Made by a program: the position numbers and the translations under genes. Source: an uncultured Faecalibacterium sp. (GTDB lineage: Bacteria > Bacillota > Clostridia > Oscillospirales > Ruminococcaceae). Taken from it: 64,000 nt of DNA. Numbering within the stretch: the stretch's first letter is position 1; each line of letters opens with the position of its first letter. The notes under the pieces are model-generated. The model saw only the letters and a list, made by a program, of their open reading frames with translations, did not search any database and had not been told where the DNA came from. Below, in pieces: positions 17,267 to 26,399 of the stretch. The stretch covers positions 664 to 64,663 of the forward strand of contig URVW01000003.1 in the NCBI GenBank assembly GCA_900551435.1. The letters are read 5' to 3'.

Positions 17267-17511
17267 GGGCCTGTAGCTCACTTGTCCGCCAACCATATTA
17301 TGCCCCAAATCGCTTCATCCTGAAAATCGGCGACTTGAATGCCATACTTGCGGCCCTAAAAGTCCATTGGGCTGGCAGAATGTTTTATATGTACGAATAT
17401 ACGTTGATTTCCATTTTCTCACGGTACGCAAGGTGTGCACAAAAGCGATATTGCTGGGAGAGCGTTCGGTTCGCATCCGAGAGGTCAAGGGTTCGAATCC
17501 CTCCAGGTCCA
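17267..17511 (+). tRNA. Interrupted tRNA-Ala(CGC): 17267-17280 plus 17453-17511; probable attR
   Basis: GGGCCTG/CAGGTCC acceptor stem, GCTC/GAGC D-stem, CGC anticodon. Confidence 0.8.
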
Positions 17512-17519
17512 TAGAGTAA

Positions 17520-17559
17520 AAGAAGTCCCATCGGAGTTCCGACGGGACTTCTTGTTTTT
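17520..17559 (+). terminator. Terminator after tRNA fragment 2
   Basis: AAGAAGTCCCATCGG/CCGACGGGACTTCTT plus T-run. Confidence 0.75.
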
Positions 17560-17626
17560 GCGAGTGACTCAAGGTATAATAAGCAAAGGCTCCTGTCCAT
17601 TCATTGGATAGGAGCCTTTGCTGTTA

Positions 17627-17800
17627 TCATGGTTCGATTTTGATTTTGTCTTTCGCATATTCCAGAGCAAGACCGATGAGTTCGTTGCGGGAACGATTGG
17701 TTTTCCGCGCCAAATCATCATAGAAATCGACGATGCTCTTATCTACACGAATTGTAAACATCACAGGTTCTGTTAGCTTTTTGATTCGAAGTTCATCCAT
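17627..17800 (-). CDS. Ribbon-helix-helix (CopG-like) protein
   Basis: FTIRVD...DDLARKTNRSRNELI. Confidence 0.8.
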   Translation of the reverse strand: MDELRIKKLTEPVMFTIRVDKSIVDFYDDLARKTNRSRNELIGLALEYAKDKIKIEP

Positions 17801-17932
17801 TGTCATCACCCTATGTCTATTATGAGATACAGAAAGGCTGAAAGATATGTTATAAATAAGTTTACAATTAAACATAAAATGATATAATGACTTTAGAAAA
17901 CATAGGAAAAAGCTGAAAGGAGAAATGATGTT

Positions 17933-18219
17933 ATGAAAAAATTTCGCGTATTAGCGGCTGCTCTGGCGATTTGCCTGAGTGTTTTTTGCAGTCCTGCTGC
18001 GTGGGCGGCAACGCCGTCTGTGGGCAATACGGCGGCTGGGACCGCCACGGTGCAAACTATTTCGACGAAGAAAAAACAGAAGAACAGGTGTGGATTCCAA
18101 AGACGGGCAAAAAGTATCACAAAAAGTCGTCTTGCAGCGGAATGAAAGACCCGGAAAAGGTGTCGCTTTCCACAGCAAAAGACCGAGGATTTACAGCCTG
18201 TAAAAAGTGCTATGGCTGA
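17933..18219 (+). pseudogene. Secreted small protein with a Cys/His metal-binding tail, frameshifted at an A6 run
   Basis: Signal peptide in one frame, VWIPKTGKKYH...C...GFTACKKCY in another. Confidence 0.65.
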
Positions 18220-18339
18220 GATCGGCTTGTAATAAAAAGAATGAGCATCCGCGCTCGCCCCTCTGATTTCCCAAAATCAGGGGGACTTCTCACGGATGCT
18301 CGTTTTTTATCTTTTACACATTCAATGAAAATGAAATCA

Positions 18340-19539
18340 TTAGCTGCGGCTGAAGCGATAGATCACCCCACTGCTCACCGCTACCACAATGCCCAGCAGC
18401 GCCAGCCCTGCGCCGGCCTGACCGAACAAGTCGCCGACAGCACCGACAAGCGGGCTTGCGGGGATCATCAACAGGCTGTAGGCCATGCTGTCCACGCTGA
18501 TGATGGTGGCGCGCTGGTCGCTGGGGATGGCATCGTTCAGCTTCTGGCTCTCGTGCAGGAGATAGACTTCCAGCACGCTCTGCACCAGCATCATGCCAAA
18601 GATGCCGCCCCATGCGGGGGCAACGCCCACCAGCAGCGTGCCCGCGCCGCAGAGCAGGGAACAAACGGCATAGAACCGGCGCATGGAACGGAACCGGACC
18701 CGGCGGCCGATCTCCGTGCCCAGCACGCAGGAAATGCCGCCCAGAAGCAGGGGAAGAAATAGCATTTCAGTGGGCCAGCCCAGCTCCACGAGCCGCTGCT
18801 GCAGGAACATCTTGGTCAGATAGCTGGGAACTGAGATAACGGCGCTGGACGCGATCAGCTTCACCGCCAGCGGGCTGGTGTGCAGAATTTGCAGACTGTC
18901 CTTCACCAGCTGGGCGAACTGACCGGGCAGGTCGCGCAGAGTCTGCTTTTGCCTGTTGGCCTGTGCTTCAGTGACGATCGGCTCTTTCATGAAAAGACAG
19001 GCGAGCGTGGAAATTCCCTCAAAGGCGGCGCTGAGCAGATAGAAGCCCGCAAAGCCAAGGAAGCGCTTGAGCAGACTGGCCAGCGAACCCACCGCATTGG
19101 CCAGCATGGAAATTTGAGAGCCGTTGGCGGAGATCTGGATGTACTCGTCCTCGCGTCCTTCCAGTTTGAGACTGTCGTAGATGAGCGCTGTGAAGGTTCC
19201 GGAGAACATGGTGTTGTACAGCGCATTCAGCGCCATGGCGAAGCAGATGGCGAACAGGTTTGGTGCAAACGCCATCAGCAGATTGTAGGTGACGGCAAGC
19301 GCACCGCCAAAAACGAGGGCCTTTTTGCGGCCCAGAAGATCTGCCGCCATGCCGCTTGGCACTTCGCACAGGAGACTGACGACGTGGAAAACGCTCTCGG
19401 CGAGACCGATCTCCCAGAGCGAGAATCCGCGTGCGGCCAGCAGCGCCACCCACACGGCGTCGGTGATGCGCAGACCAGAGAAGAAATTGGACATATAAAC
19501 ACAGCCAAGCTGCTGTTTCAAGTTGATCTTATGATGCAT
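18340..19539 (-). CDS. MFS transporter
   Basis: EVPSGMAADLLGRK motif A; about 12 TMs. Confidence 0.9.
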   Translation of the reverse strand: MHHKINLKQQLGCVYMSNFFSGLRITDAVWVALLAARGFSLWEIGLAESVFHVVSLLCEVPSGMAADLLGRKKALVFGGALAVTYNLLMAFAPNLFAICFAMALNALYNTMFSGTFTALIYDSLKLEGREDEYIQISANGSQISMLANAVGSLASLLKRFLGFAGFYLLSAAFEGISTLACLFMKEPIVTEAQANRQKQTLRDLPGQFAQLVKDSLQILHTSPLAVKLIASSAVISVPSYLTKMFLQQRLVELGWPTEMLFLPLLLGGISCVLGTEIGRRVRFRSMRRFYAVCSLLCGAGTLLVGVAPAWGGIFGMMLVQSVLEVYLLHESQKLNDAIPSDQRATIISVDSMAYSLLMIPASPLVGAVGDLFGQAGAGLALLGIVVAVSSGVIYRFSRS

Positions 19540-19604
19540 GGGAAACACCCTTTCTATTTCGGTTGGAAGGAACTGCGGAATAGAAAGTGCGCACATTTTT
19601 AGGT

Positions 19605-19840
19605 AAAACAAAAACGCCCCATAGCAAAGCTACGCGGCGCAAAAAATCATGCTCCACGCTTTGCTGGAAGAACGACCTGCCCGACCTGCCAAAGCCCTGC
19701 CCTGCGGGAGAGCGGACGGCGAAGCAGACAAAGAGTTTCGAAAAATGGGCGCACTTCGAGCCGGAAAAGCTTAGGGGTTTCCTTTCTTAAAGAAAACGCA
19801 GCCATTCCAACCCATCTGGGTGCACCCTCCTTCCAGTAAA
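19605..19840 (-). promoter_or_regulatory. Leader-peptide attenuator (uORF 19815-19771, terminator 19605-19640)
   Basis: GGAGG plus MGWNGCVFFKKGNP*; competing AGCAAAGC/GCTTTGCT pairing. Confidence 0.55.
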
Positions 19841-19979
19841 ACGTTAGGCCCAGCATAACACATCCGGGCGGAAAACACAAGCAAAAACGGGAAAAAGTTA
19901 CAAAATCCCTTCCCGCGCTTGCAAACCTGACCGAAATGTGGTAAGATGTCATCTGGTGATAAAACCTGAATACGCAAAA

Positions 19980-20245
19980 ACGCAGCGACGGAGAAAGTAC
20001 GCGCAAGAGGTCCGGCAAAGAGAGAAGCTTCACCGGCTGAAAGGGCTTCCGAGAGATATTTGCGCCGAAGTTCGCTCCCGAGCGGCCCGTGTGAACGGCC
20101 TTTTGGGTCTGCTAGTGCGGGACGGCGCGCCCCGTTACGGCGTTTGAGCGCCGCTTTTTTGAGAGCGGAAACCGGGTGGTACCGCGGAGTAAAGTTTACA
20201 GCTTCGTCCCCTTTGCCGAAAGGCAGGGCGGGACGGAGCTTTTTT
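19980..20245 (+). promoter_or_regulatory. T-box riboswitch (Phe specifier UUC)
   Basis: AGTA/AGAGA/GCTGAA stem I motifs, TTC at 20071-20073, TGGTACC at 20177-20183, terminator. Confidence 0.93.
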
Positions 20246-20289
20246 GCTGTCCGCTGAACAACACGAAAACCGAGAAGGAGAGAATTTCC

Positions 20290-21312
20290 ATGCAAGCAAT
20301 GATCGACGAGCTGGCCAAACAGGCAGAAGAAAGCCTCGGTCAGGTCTCTTCCAAGGAGACGCTGGCCTCGTTCTGGCAGGAATATCTGAGCAAAAACGGC
20401 AAGATCCCTGCGCTGATGAAGAATCTGCGCTCGGTCGCGCCGGAAGAGCGCCCCGCCATGGGCAAGATCATCAACGAACTCAAGCAGAAGGTTCAGGCAG
20501 ATTACGATGCCGCTGCCGCCAAGGTGAAGGAAGCCGAGCTGGCTGCCCGCAACGCCGCTGAGACGGTGGACATCACTCTGCCCGCCAAGACCCGCACCGT
20601 GGGCGGTCTGCACCCGCTGACTCTGGTCACCAACCAGATCATCGACGTGTTCTCCGGCATGGGCTTTGCCGTCGCCGATGCCCCTGAGATCGAGGATGAC
20701 GACCACAACTTCACCCGTCTGAACGTCCCGAAGGACCATCCTGCCCGCGATATGCAGGATACCTTCTATCTGTCCGACGAGTTCCTGCTCCGCACCCAGA
20801 CGTCCGGCGGCCAGATCCGCACCATGGATTCCCAGAAGCCGCCCATCAAGGTGCTCATTCCCGGCCGCGTGTTCCGTTCGGATTCCGACGCCACCCACAG
20901 CCCGATGTTCCATCAGATGGAAGGTCTGGTCGTGGATAAGGGCATCACGCTGGGCGACCTGCAGGGCGCACTGAACACCTTCGTGCAGAAACTGTTCGGC
21001 GACGACACCCGCACCCGTCTGCGTCCGTCCTACTTCCCGTTCACCGAACCCAGCGTCGAGGTCGATGTCAGCTGCTTCGAGTGCCACGGCAAGGGCTGCC
21101 CCCTGTGCAAGCACACCGGCTGGATCGAGGTCCTCGGCGGCGGCGTCGTCAACCGCAAGGTCCTCGAGAACTGCGGCATCGACCCGGATGAGTATTCCGG
21201 TTTTGCTTTCGGCATCGGCATCGAGCGCATCGCCATGCTCAAGTATGGCATCAACAACATCGGCCTGATGTTCGAGAACAATCTGGAGTTCCTCAAGCAG
21301 TTCCATGAATAA
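20290..21312 (+). CDS. pheS: Phenylalanine-tRNA ligase alpha subunit
   Basis: HPARDMQDTFY, YFPFTEPS, GFAFGIGIER. Confidence 0.98.
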   Translation: MQAMIDELAKQAEESLGQVSSKETLASFWQEYLSKNGKIPALMKNLRSVAPEERPAMGKIINELKQKVQADYDAAAAKVKEAELAARNAAETVDITLPAKTRTVGGLHPLTLVTNQIIDVFSGMGFAVADAPEIEDDDHNFTRLNVPKDHPARDMQDTFYLSDEFLLRTQTSGGQIRTMDSQKPPIKVLIPGRVFRSDSDATHSPMFHQMEGLVVDKGITLGDLQGALNTFVQKLFGDDTRTRLRPSYFPFTEPSVEVDVSCFECHGKGCPLCKHTGWIEVLGGGVVNRKVLENCGIDPDEYSGFAFGIGIERIAMLKYGINNIGLMFENNLEFLKQFHE

Positions 21313-21330
21313 GAGGGGAGAGAGCAAACA

Positions 21331-23742
21331 ATGAAAGTACCTTTCAGTTGGTTAAAAGAATTGGTCGATATCGACGTCACCGCGCAGGAATTGGAGGAAA
21401 AGCTCTTCTCCTGCGGCTTTGAGGTCGAGGAGCTGATCCCGCTGGATGCCGGCATCAGCAAGGTCGTCGTCGGCAAGATCGTGGAGATGGAGAAGCAGGA
21501 AGGCACGCACCTGACCAAGTGCGTGGTGGACTGCGGCGAGTACGGCCACGACATCCGCATCAGCACCGGCGCAACGAATATGAAGCTGGGCGACTGCGTC
21601 CCCGCTGCTCTGGATGGTTCCACCCTCCCGGGCGGCATCAAGATCAAGGCCCGCAAGATGCAGGGTGTGGAGTCCAACGGTATGCTCTGCTCCGGCGAGG
21701 AGCTGGGCCTGAACGAGGACCTGTTCCCGGGTTCTGAGGTCTACGGTCTGCTCATCCTGCCCGAGGATTCGGTCCCCGGCACGGATATCGCACCGGTGGT
21801 CGGTCTGGATGACTACATCTTCGATATCTCCATCACCGCAAACCGCCCGGACTGCCAGTCCGTCCTCGGCATCGCCCGCGAAGTCTCCGCCATTCTGGGC
21901 AAGCCGCTGCACATGCCCGCCATGGATTACAAGACCGTCTGCGACGCCGACGAGCCGATCACCGTCAAGGTGGAAGCACCCGACCTGTGCCCCCGCTATA
22001 TGGCACACTATGTCCGCAATATCCGGATGGGCGAGTCTCCCCGCTGGATGAAGCGTCATCTGGCACTGTGCGGTCTGCGCTCCATCAGCAATGTGGTCGA
22101 TATCACCAACCACACCCTGCTGGAAATGGGCCAGCCCATGCACGCCTTTGACCTGAACAAGGTCGCTGGCCGGACCATCGACGTCCGCCGCGCCCACGAG
22201 GGCGAGAAGATCGTCACCCTCGACGAGAAGGAGTTCACCCTGAACCCCAACAACCTCGTCATCTGCGATGCCGAGAAGCCGGTGGCACTGGCCGGCATCA
22301 TGGGCGGTGCAAACTCCGGCATGGACGAGAACACCACCAGTCTGCTGTTCGAGTGCGCCACCTTTGCCCGCGACAGTGTCCGCAAGACCAGCCGTGCACT
22401 GGGCCAGAACAGCGATTCTTCCGCCCGCTATGAAAAGGGCGTGGACCGCCACTCTCCCGAGTTGGGCCTTGCCCGCGCTCTGCACCTCATTCAGGAGCTG
22501 GATTGCGGCGACATCACCACGCTGGAATACGACCTGACCGATGGCCGTCCGCTGGAGCGCAAGCACATCGTCACCACCCCGGCCAAGATCTGCGGCGTAC
22601 TGGGCATCACCGTGCCCGACCAGACCATGATCGACATCCTGAAGCGTCTGGAGTTCACGGTGGACGTTCAGGCTGACGGCAGCTGGGACGTCTCCGCTCC
22701 GCTCTACCGCGAGGATGTCGAGAGCTTCCCCGATCTGGCCGAAGAGGTCATCCGTGAGTACGGCTATGACCACATCGTGCCCACCTTCCTGAACACCGCC
22801 TCGGTCACCAACGGCGGCCTGAACTACGAGCAGAAGCAGCAGCTCAAGACCAAGCGTCTGCTGGCGGCACAGGGCTTCTATGAGGCATCCACGCTGGCGT
22901 TCTATTCCAACGCCGAGCTGGATATGCTCCACATCCCCGCTGACGATGCAGCCCGCAAGGCCATCCGCATCCTGAACCCCATCAGCGAGAACCTGTCCAT
23001 CATGCGCACCCTGCTGACGCCGTCCATGCTGAACGTCATCGTGGACAACCTCAAGAAGGGCAACACCGAGGGCCGTCTGTTCGAGATGGCTCCGGTCTAT
23101 CTGGCCAAGGAGCTGCCCATCAATGAGCATCCCCACGAGCGCCAGACCCTGTGCATCGGCGCATTTGGTCCGGAAGAGGACTTCTTCACGGTCAAGGGCG
23201 CGATGGAAGCGCTGGCCGCCGGCTTTGGCCTGAGCTTCGCCTACGAGCGCGAGACGACGCCTTGGCTGCACCCCGGCATCAGCGCCGCTGTTTCCTGCAA
23301 TGGCAAGCGTCTGGGCGTGTTCGGCAAGCTTTCCAACGAGATCAACGGCGAGCTGGAGATCGCAAAGGACCAGAAGGACAGCCAGAACATCTATTTGGGC
23401 GAGCTGGACTACGAGGCCCTGATGTCCTGCGTGGACGGCGAGCTGCGCTATAAGCCGCTCAGCCCCTATGCATCTGTCAAGCGCGATCTGGCCCTCGTCT
23501 GCGAGGAAAAGGTCACCTGCGGCGAGATCGAGGAGACTATCAAAAAGGCAAGCCCGCTCATCACCGATGTCAAGCTGTTCGACATCTACCGCGGTGCAAA
23601 CCTCGGCGAAGGCAAGAAGAGCATGGCATTCTCTCTGACGCTGGCAGACCCCAGTGCAGAAGTTTCTGCGGAGCAGGTCGAGCGCACCGTCAAGAAGGTG
23701 CTGGGCAACCTGAAGTTCAAGCTGGGCATCGAGATCCGCTGA
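21331..23742 (+). CDS. pheT: Phenylalanine-tRNA ligase beta subunit
   Basis: ITANRPDC, GQPMHAFD, C-terminal FDX-ACB domain. Confidence 0.98.
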   Translation: MKVPFSWLKELVDIDVTAQELEEKLFSCGFEVEELIPLDAGISKVVVGKIVEMEKQEGTHLTKCVVDCGEYGHDIRISTGATNMKLGDCVPAALDGSTLPGGIKIKARKMQGVESNGMLCSGEELGLNEDLFPGSEVYGLLILPEDSVPGTDIAPVVGLDDYIFDISITANRPDCQSVLGIAREVSAILGKPLHMPAMDYKTVCDADEPITVKVEAPDLCPRYMAHYVRNIRMGESPRWMKRHLALCGLRSISNVVDITNHTLLEMGQPMHAFDLNKVAGRTIDVRRAHEGEKIVTLDEKEFTLNPNNLVICDAEKPVALAGIMGGANSGMDENTTSLLFECATFARDSVRKTSRALGQNSDSSARYEKGVDRHSPELGLARALHLIQELDCGDITTLEYDLTDGRPLERKHIVTTPAKICGVLGITVPDQTMIDILKRLEFTVDVQADGSWDVSAPLYREDVESFPDLAEEVIREYGYDHIVPTFLNTASVTNGGLNYEQKQQLKTKRLLAAQGFYEASTLAFYSNAELDMLHIPADDAARKAIRILNPISENLSIMRTLLTPSMLNVIVDNLKKGNTEGRLFEMAPVYLAKELPINEHPHERQTLCIGAFGPEEDFFTVKGAMEALAAGFGLSFAYERETTPWLHPGISAAVSCNGKRLGVFGKLSNEINGELEIAKDQKDSQNIYLGELDYEALMSCVDGELRYKPLSPYASVKRDLALVCEEKVTCGEIEETIKKASPLITDVKLFDIYRGANLGEGKKSMAFSLTLADPSAEVSAEQVERTVKKVLGNLKFKLGIEIR

Positions 23743-23764
23743 GCATCCAATAAAATCTGACCCA

Positions 23765-23804
23765 AGGGACCGCTGTGCAAAGGACTGCACGGCGGTCCCT
23801 TTTT
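23765..23804 (+). terminator. Terminator after pheT
   Basis: AGGGACCGCTGTGCA/TGCACGGCGGTCCCT plus T-run. Confidence 0.8.
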
Positions 23805-23865
23805 GCATCTCGTGCAGGAAAACCCGCCCAAGCTCCGTTTTAGAGAGCGAAAGGATGTGGAAAAG

Positions 23866-24747
23866 ATGAAACGTTCCGCTCGAAAAATTCGGAAGAAAAG
23901 GATGCGCCGTCTGCTGTTTTGGCTCTTGCTGATTTTGCTGGTGCTTCTGCTGGTGTGGCCGCGCCGGGTGCGGCTGAACGATCTTGTCAGCCCGGAAGCC
24001 ATCCTCATGGACGACAGCGGGGAAGTGGTGGCGGAAAAGAACGCCGACACACAAATTTATCCGGCCTCGATGACCAAGATGATGACCGTTCTGCTGGCCC
24101 TCGAAAACGGCCCCTCGCTGGACCAGAGCGTGACCCTGCCGGAGGACATTTTCCCAAGCTTGCAGGAGCAGGGGGCCTCAATGGCGGGATTCCAGCCCGG
24201 AGAGACGGCGACCGTCCAAGACCTGCTGTACGGCGCGATGCTGCCTTCGGGCGCAGAGTGCTGTGAAGCGCTGACCCGGGAGGTGAGCGGCTCAGAGGAA
24301 GCCTTCGTGGCCTTGATGAACCAGAAGGCGGCAGAGCTGGGGATGACGAGCACCCATTTTTGCAACCCAACCGGTCTGCACGATCCGGAACATGTGTCTA
24401 CCGTGCGGGATATGGCGCTTCTGTTGCGGGCGGCGCTGCAAAATGAGACGTTCCGCACCCTCCTGAGCGCTCAGCGCTACACGGTGCAGCCCACGAATCT
24501 CCACCCGGAGGGTTTCACGATGGCCAGCACATTTTGGCGGGAACTAGACGGAACGGCCCTGCGGAACGGGACCATTTTAGGCGGCAAGACCGGCTACACC
24601 AGCAGCGCGGGCCTCTGCCTTGCCAGCGCCGCACAGATCAAAGGAAAAACGTATTTTCTCGTCACCGCCGGGGCGCAAGGGAACCACGAAACAGAGCCGT
24701 ATCACATCGAGGATGCCGTCAACATTTACCGCCAGCTGGCACGCTGA
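23866..24747 (+). CDS. D-alanyl-D-alanine carboxypeptidase (S11)
   Basis: PASMTK (SxxK), SGA, NPTGLH, KTG. Confidence 0.9.
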   Translation: MKRSARKIRKKRMRRLLFWLLLILLVLLLVWPRRVRLNDLVSPEAILMDDSGEVVAEKNADTQIYPASMTKMMTVLLALENGPSLDQSVTLPEDIFPSLQEQGASMAGFQPGETATVQDLLYGAMLPSGAECCEALTREVSGSEEAFVALMNQKAAELGMTSTHFCNPTGLHDPEHVSTVRDMALLLRAALQNETFRTLLSAQRYTVQPTNLHPEGFTMASTFWRELDGTALRNGTILGGKTGYTSSAGLCLASAAQIKGKTYFLVTAGAQGNHETEPYHIEDAVNIYRQLAR

Positions 24748-24947
24748 ACGGATATGCGCAAAATCACTAATTTTTGCGGTAAAATATCGTGCACCCTTAT
24801 CAAAAGAATCATCTTGAAAAATTACCGCAATCTGTTATAATCTCATTCGTAAATCGCAAAACGTCCTGCCCCTTGTCCGGCAGGGCGTTTTTGTCGGCAA
24901 AAAATCGTTTTTGTGATCTGTGATGACCCCCAAAGGAGGGCGCTGAT

Positions 24948-26300
24948 ATGACAAAAGACATGACGCAGGGCAGCCCGCTGAAGCTGATCCTTGCCTTTGC
25001 GGTCCCGCTGATGCTGGGCAGTCTGTTCCAGCAGTTCTACAATCTGGCCGATACCATCATCGTGGGCCGGTTCGTCGGTGTCGAAGCGCTGGCGGCGGTC
25101 GGCAGCGTGGGCGGCCTGAACTATCTGGTGCTGGGCTTCGTCAACGGCATCGCGTGCGGATTCTCCATCCCCATCTCGTGGACCTTCGGCGCGAAGGATT
25201 ACCATGAGATGCGCCGCTACACGGCCAACGCGGTCTGGCTGTCGGTGTTCTTTGCGGCGGTGCTGACTGTGGTCACCGTGGCGATGACCCGCTCCATTCT
25301 GGTCTGGACCAACACCCCGGACAACATCATCGATCTGGCAGATATCTACATCCGCACCATCTTTGTGGGCATCCCGTTCACGCTGCTGTACAACATGACC
25401 AGCGCGCTGATGCGTGCCCTCGGCGACAGCAAGCGCCCGCTGTATTTCCTGCTGGTGGCAAGCTTTCTGAACATCGGCTTGGACCTGCTGTGCATCATCG
25501 TGTTCAAGATGGGGGTGTTCGGCGCGGCCTTCGCGACCGTGTTCAGTCAGGCCGTGGCCGGTCTGGGCAGTCTGCTCTATATTATGAAGCATTACAGTGA
25601 GCTGCGCTGGTCCAAGGAAGAGAGCAAGCTCAGCAAGATGCACTGTGCCAAGCTCTGCAACATGGGTATCCCGATGGGCTTACAGTGCAGCATCACAGCC
25701 ATCGGCAGCGTGCTGCTGCAGGGCGCCGTCAACGGTTTGGGCAGCGACATCGTGGCCGCGCAGACGGCTGGCGGCAAGGCGGCACAGTTCCTGTCCGTCC
25801 CGCTGGAGAGCATCGGCACGGCCATGACGACCTACGCCAGCCAGAACATGGGCGCACATGACCTTGGCCGCGTGAACAAGGGCGTCAATACGGCGCTGGG
25901 CATCGGCTGTGTGTACAGCATCGCGTCCTTCCTCATCCTGCGCGTGGCGGATAAGCCGCTGATCGGCCTGTTCCTTGAGGCAGGGGAGGCCGAGATCATG
26001 GCAAACGCGCAGAGCTTCATCTTCTGGAACAGCGTGTTCTATATCCCGCTGGCGGTCCTCATCATATACCGCTATACGATTCAGGGTCTTGGCTATTCCG
26101 GCTTGGCGATGTTCGCCGGTGTGGCTGAGATGGTGGCCCGCGCACTGGTCGGCCTGTTCGTGCCGATGTGGGGCTACTTTGCGGCCTGTATCGCGAACCC
26201 GGTGGCGTGGTTCTTTGCGTGCTTCTTCCTGATCCCGGCGTACATCGTCGTGTACCGCCGTCTGCAAAAGGAAAAGCAGACGCCGCACGCGAACCTGTAA
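24948..26300 (+). CDS. MATE efflux transporter
   Basis: QQFYNLADTIIVG, RALGDSKRP. Confidence 0.93.
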   Translation: MTKDMTQGSPLKLILAFAVPLMLGSLFQQFYNLADTIIVGRFVGVEALAAVGSVGGLNYLVLGFVNGIACGFSIPISWTFGAKDYHEMRRYTANAVWLSVFFAAVLTVVTVAMTRSILVWTNTPDNIIDLADIYIRTIFVGIPFTLLYNMTSALMRALGDSKRPLYFLLVASFLNIGLDLLCIIVFKMGVFGAAFATVFSQAVAGLGSLLYIMKHYSELRWSKEESKLSKMHCAKLCNMGIPMGLQCSITAIGSVLLQGAVNGLGSDIVAAQTAGGKAAQFLSVPLESIGTAMTTYASQNMGAHDLGRVNKGVNTALGIGCVYSIASFLILRVADKPLIGLFLEAGEAEIMANAQSFIFWNSVFYIPLAVLIIYRYTIQGLGYSGLAMFAGVAEMVARALVGLFVPMWGYFAACIANPVAWFFACFFLIPAYIVVYRRLQKEKQTPHANL

Positions 26301-26399
26301 AAAATAAAAAGAAGCGTTTTGCCGCGAGGATGCGTTGCAAAACGCTTCTTTTTATATTATACTATTCATAATTATGTCGTAGAGAGGGCGGTGGAGCCG

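Larger units (their letters stand above)
4488..17511. mobile_element. Element B: integrase-less genomic islet (CIME-like) with a cassette-like gene array
   Basis: Bounded by two tRNA-Ala fragments; lower GC; many small accessory genes and fragments; no recombinase, relaxase or rep gene seen. Confidence 0.75.
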
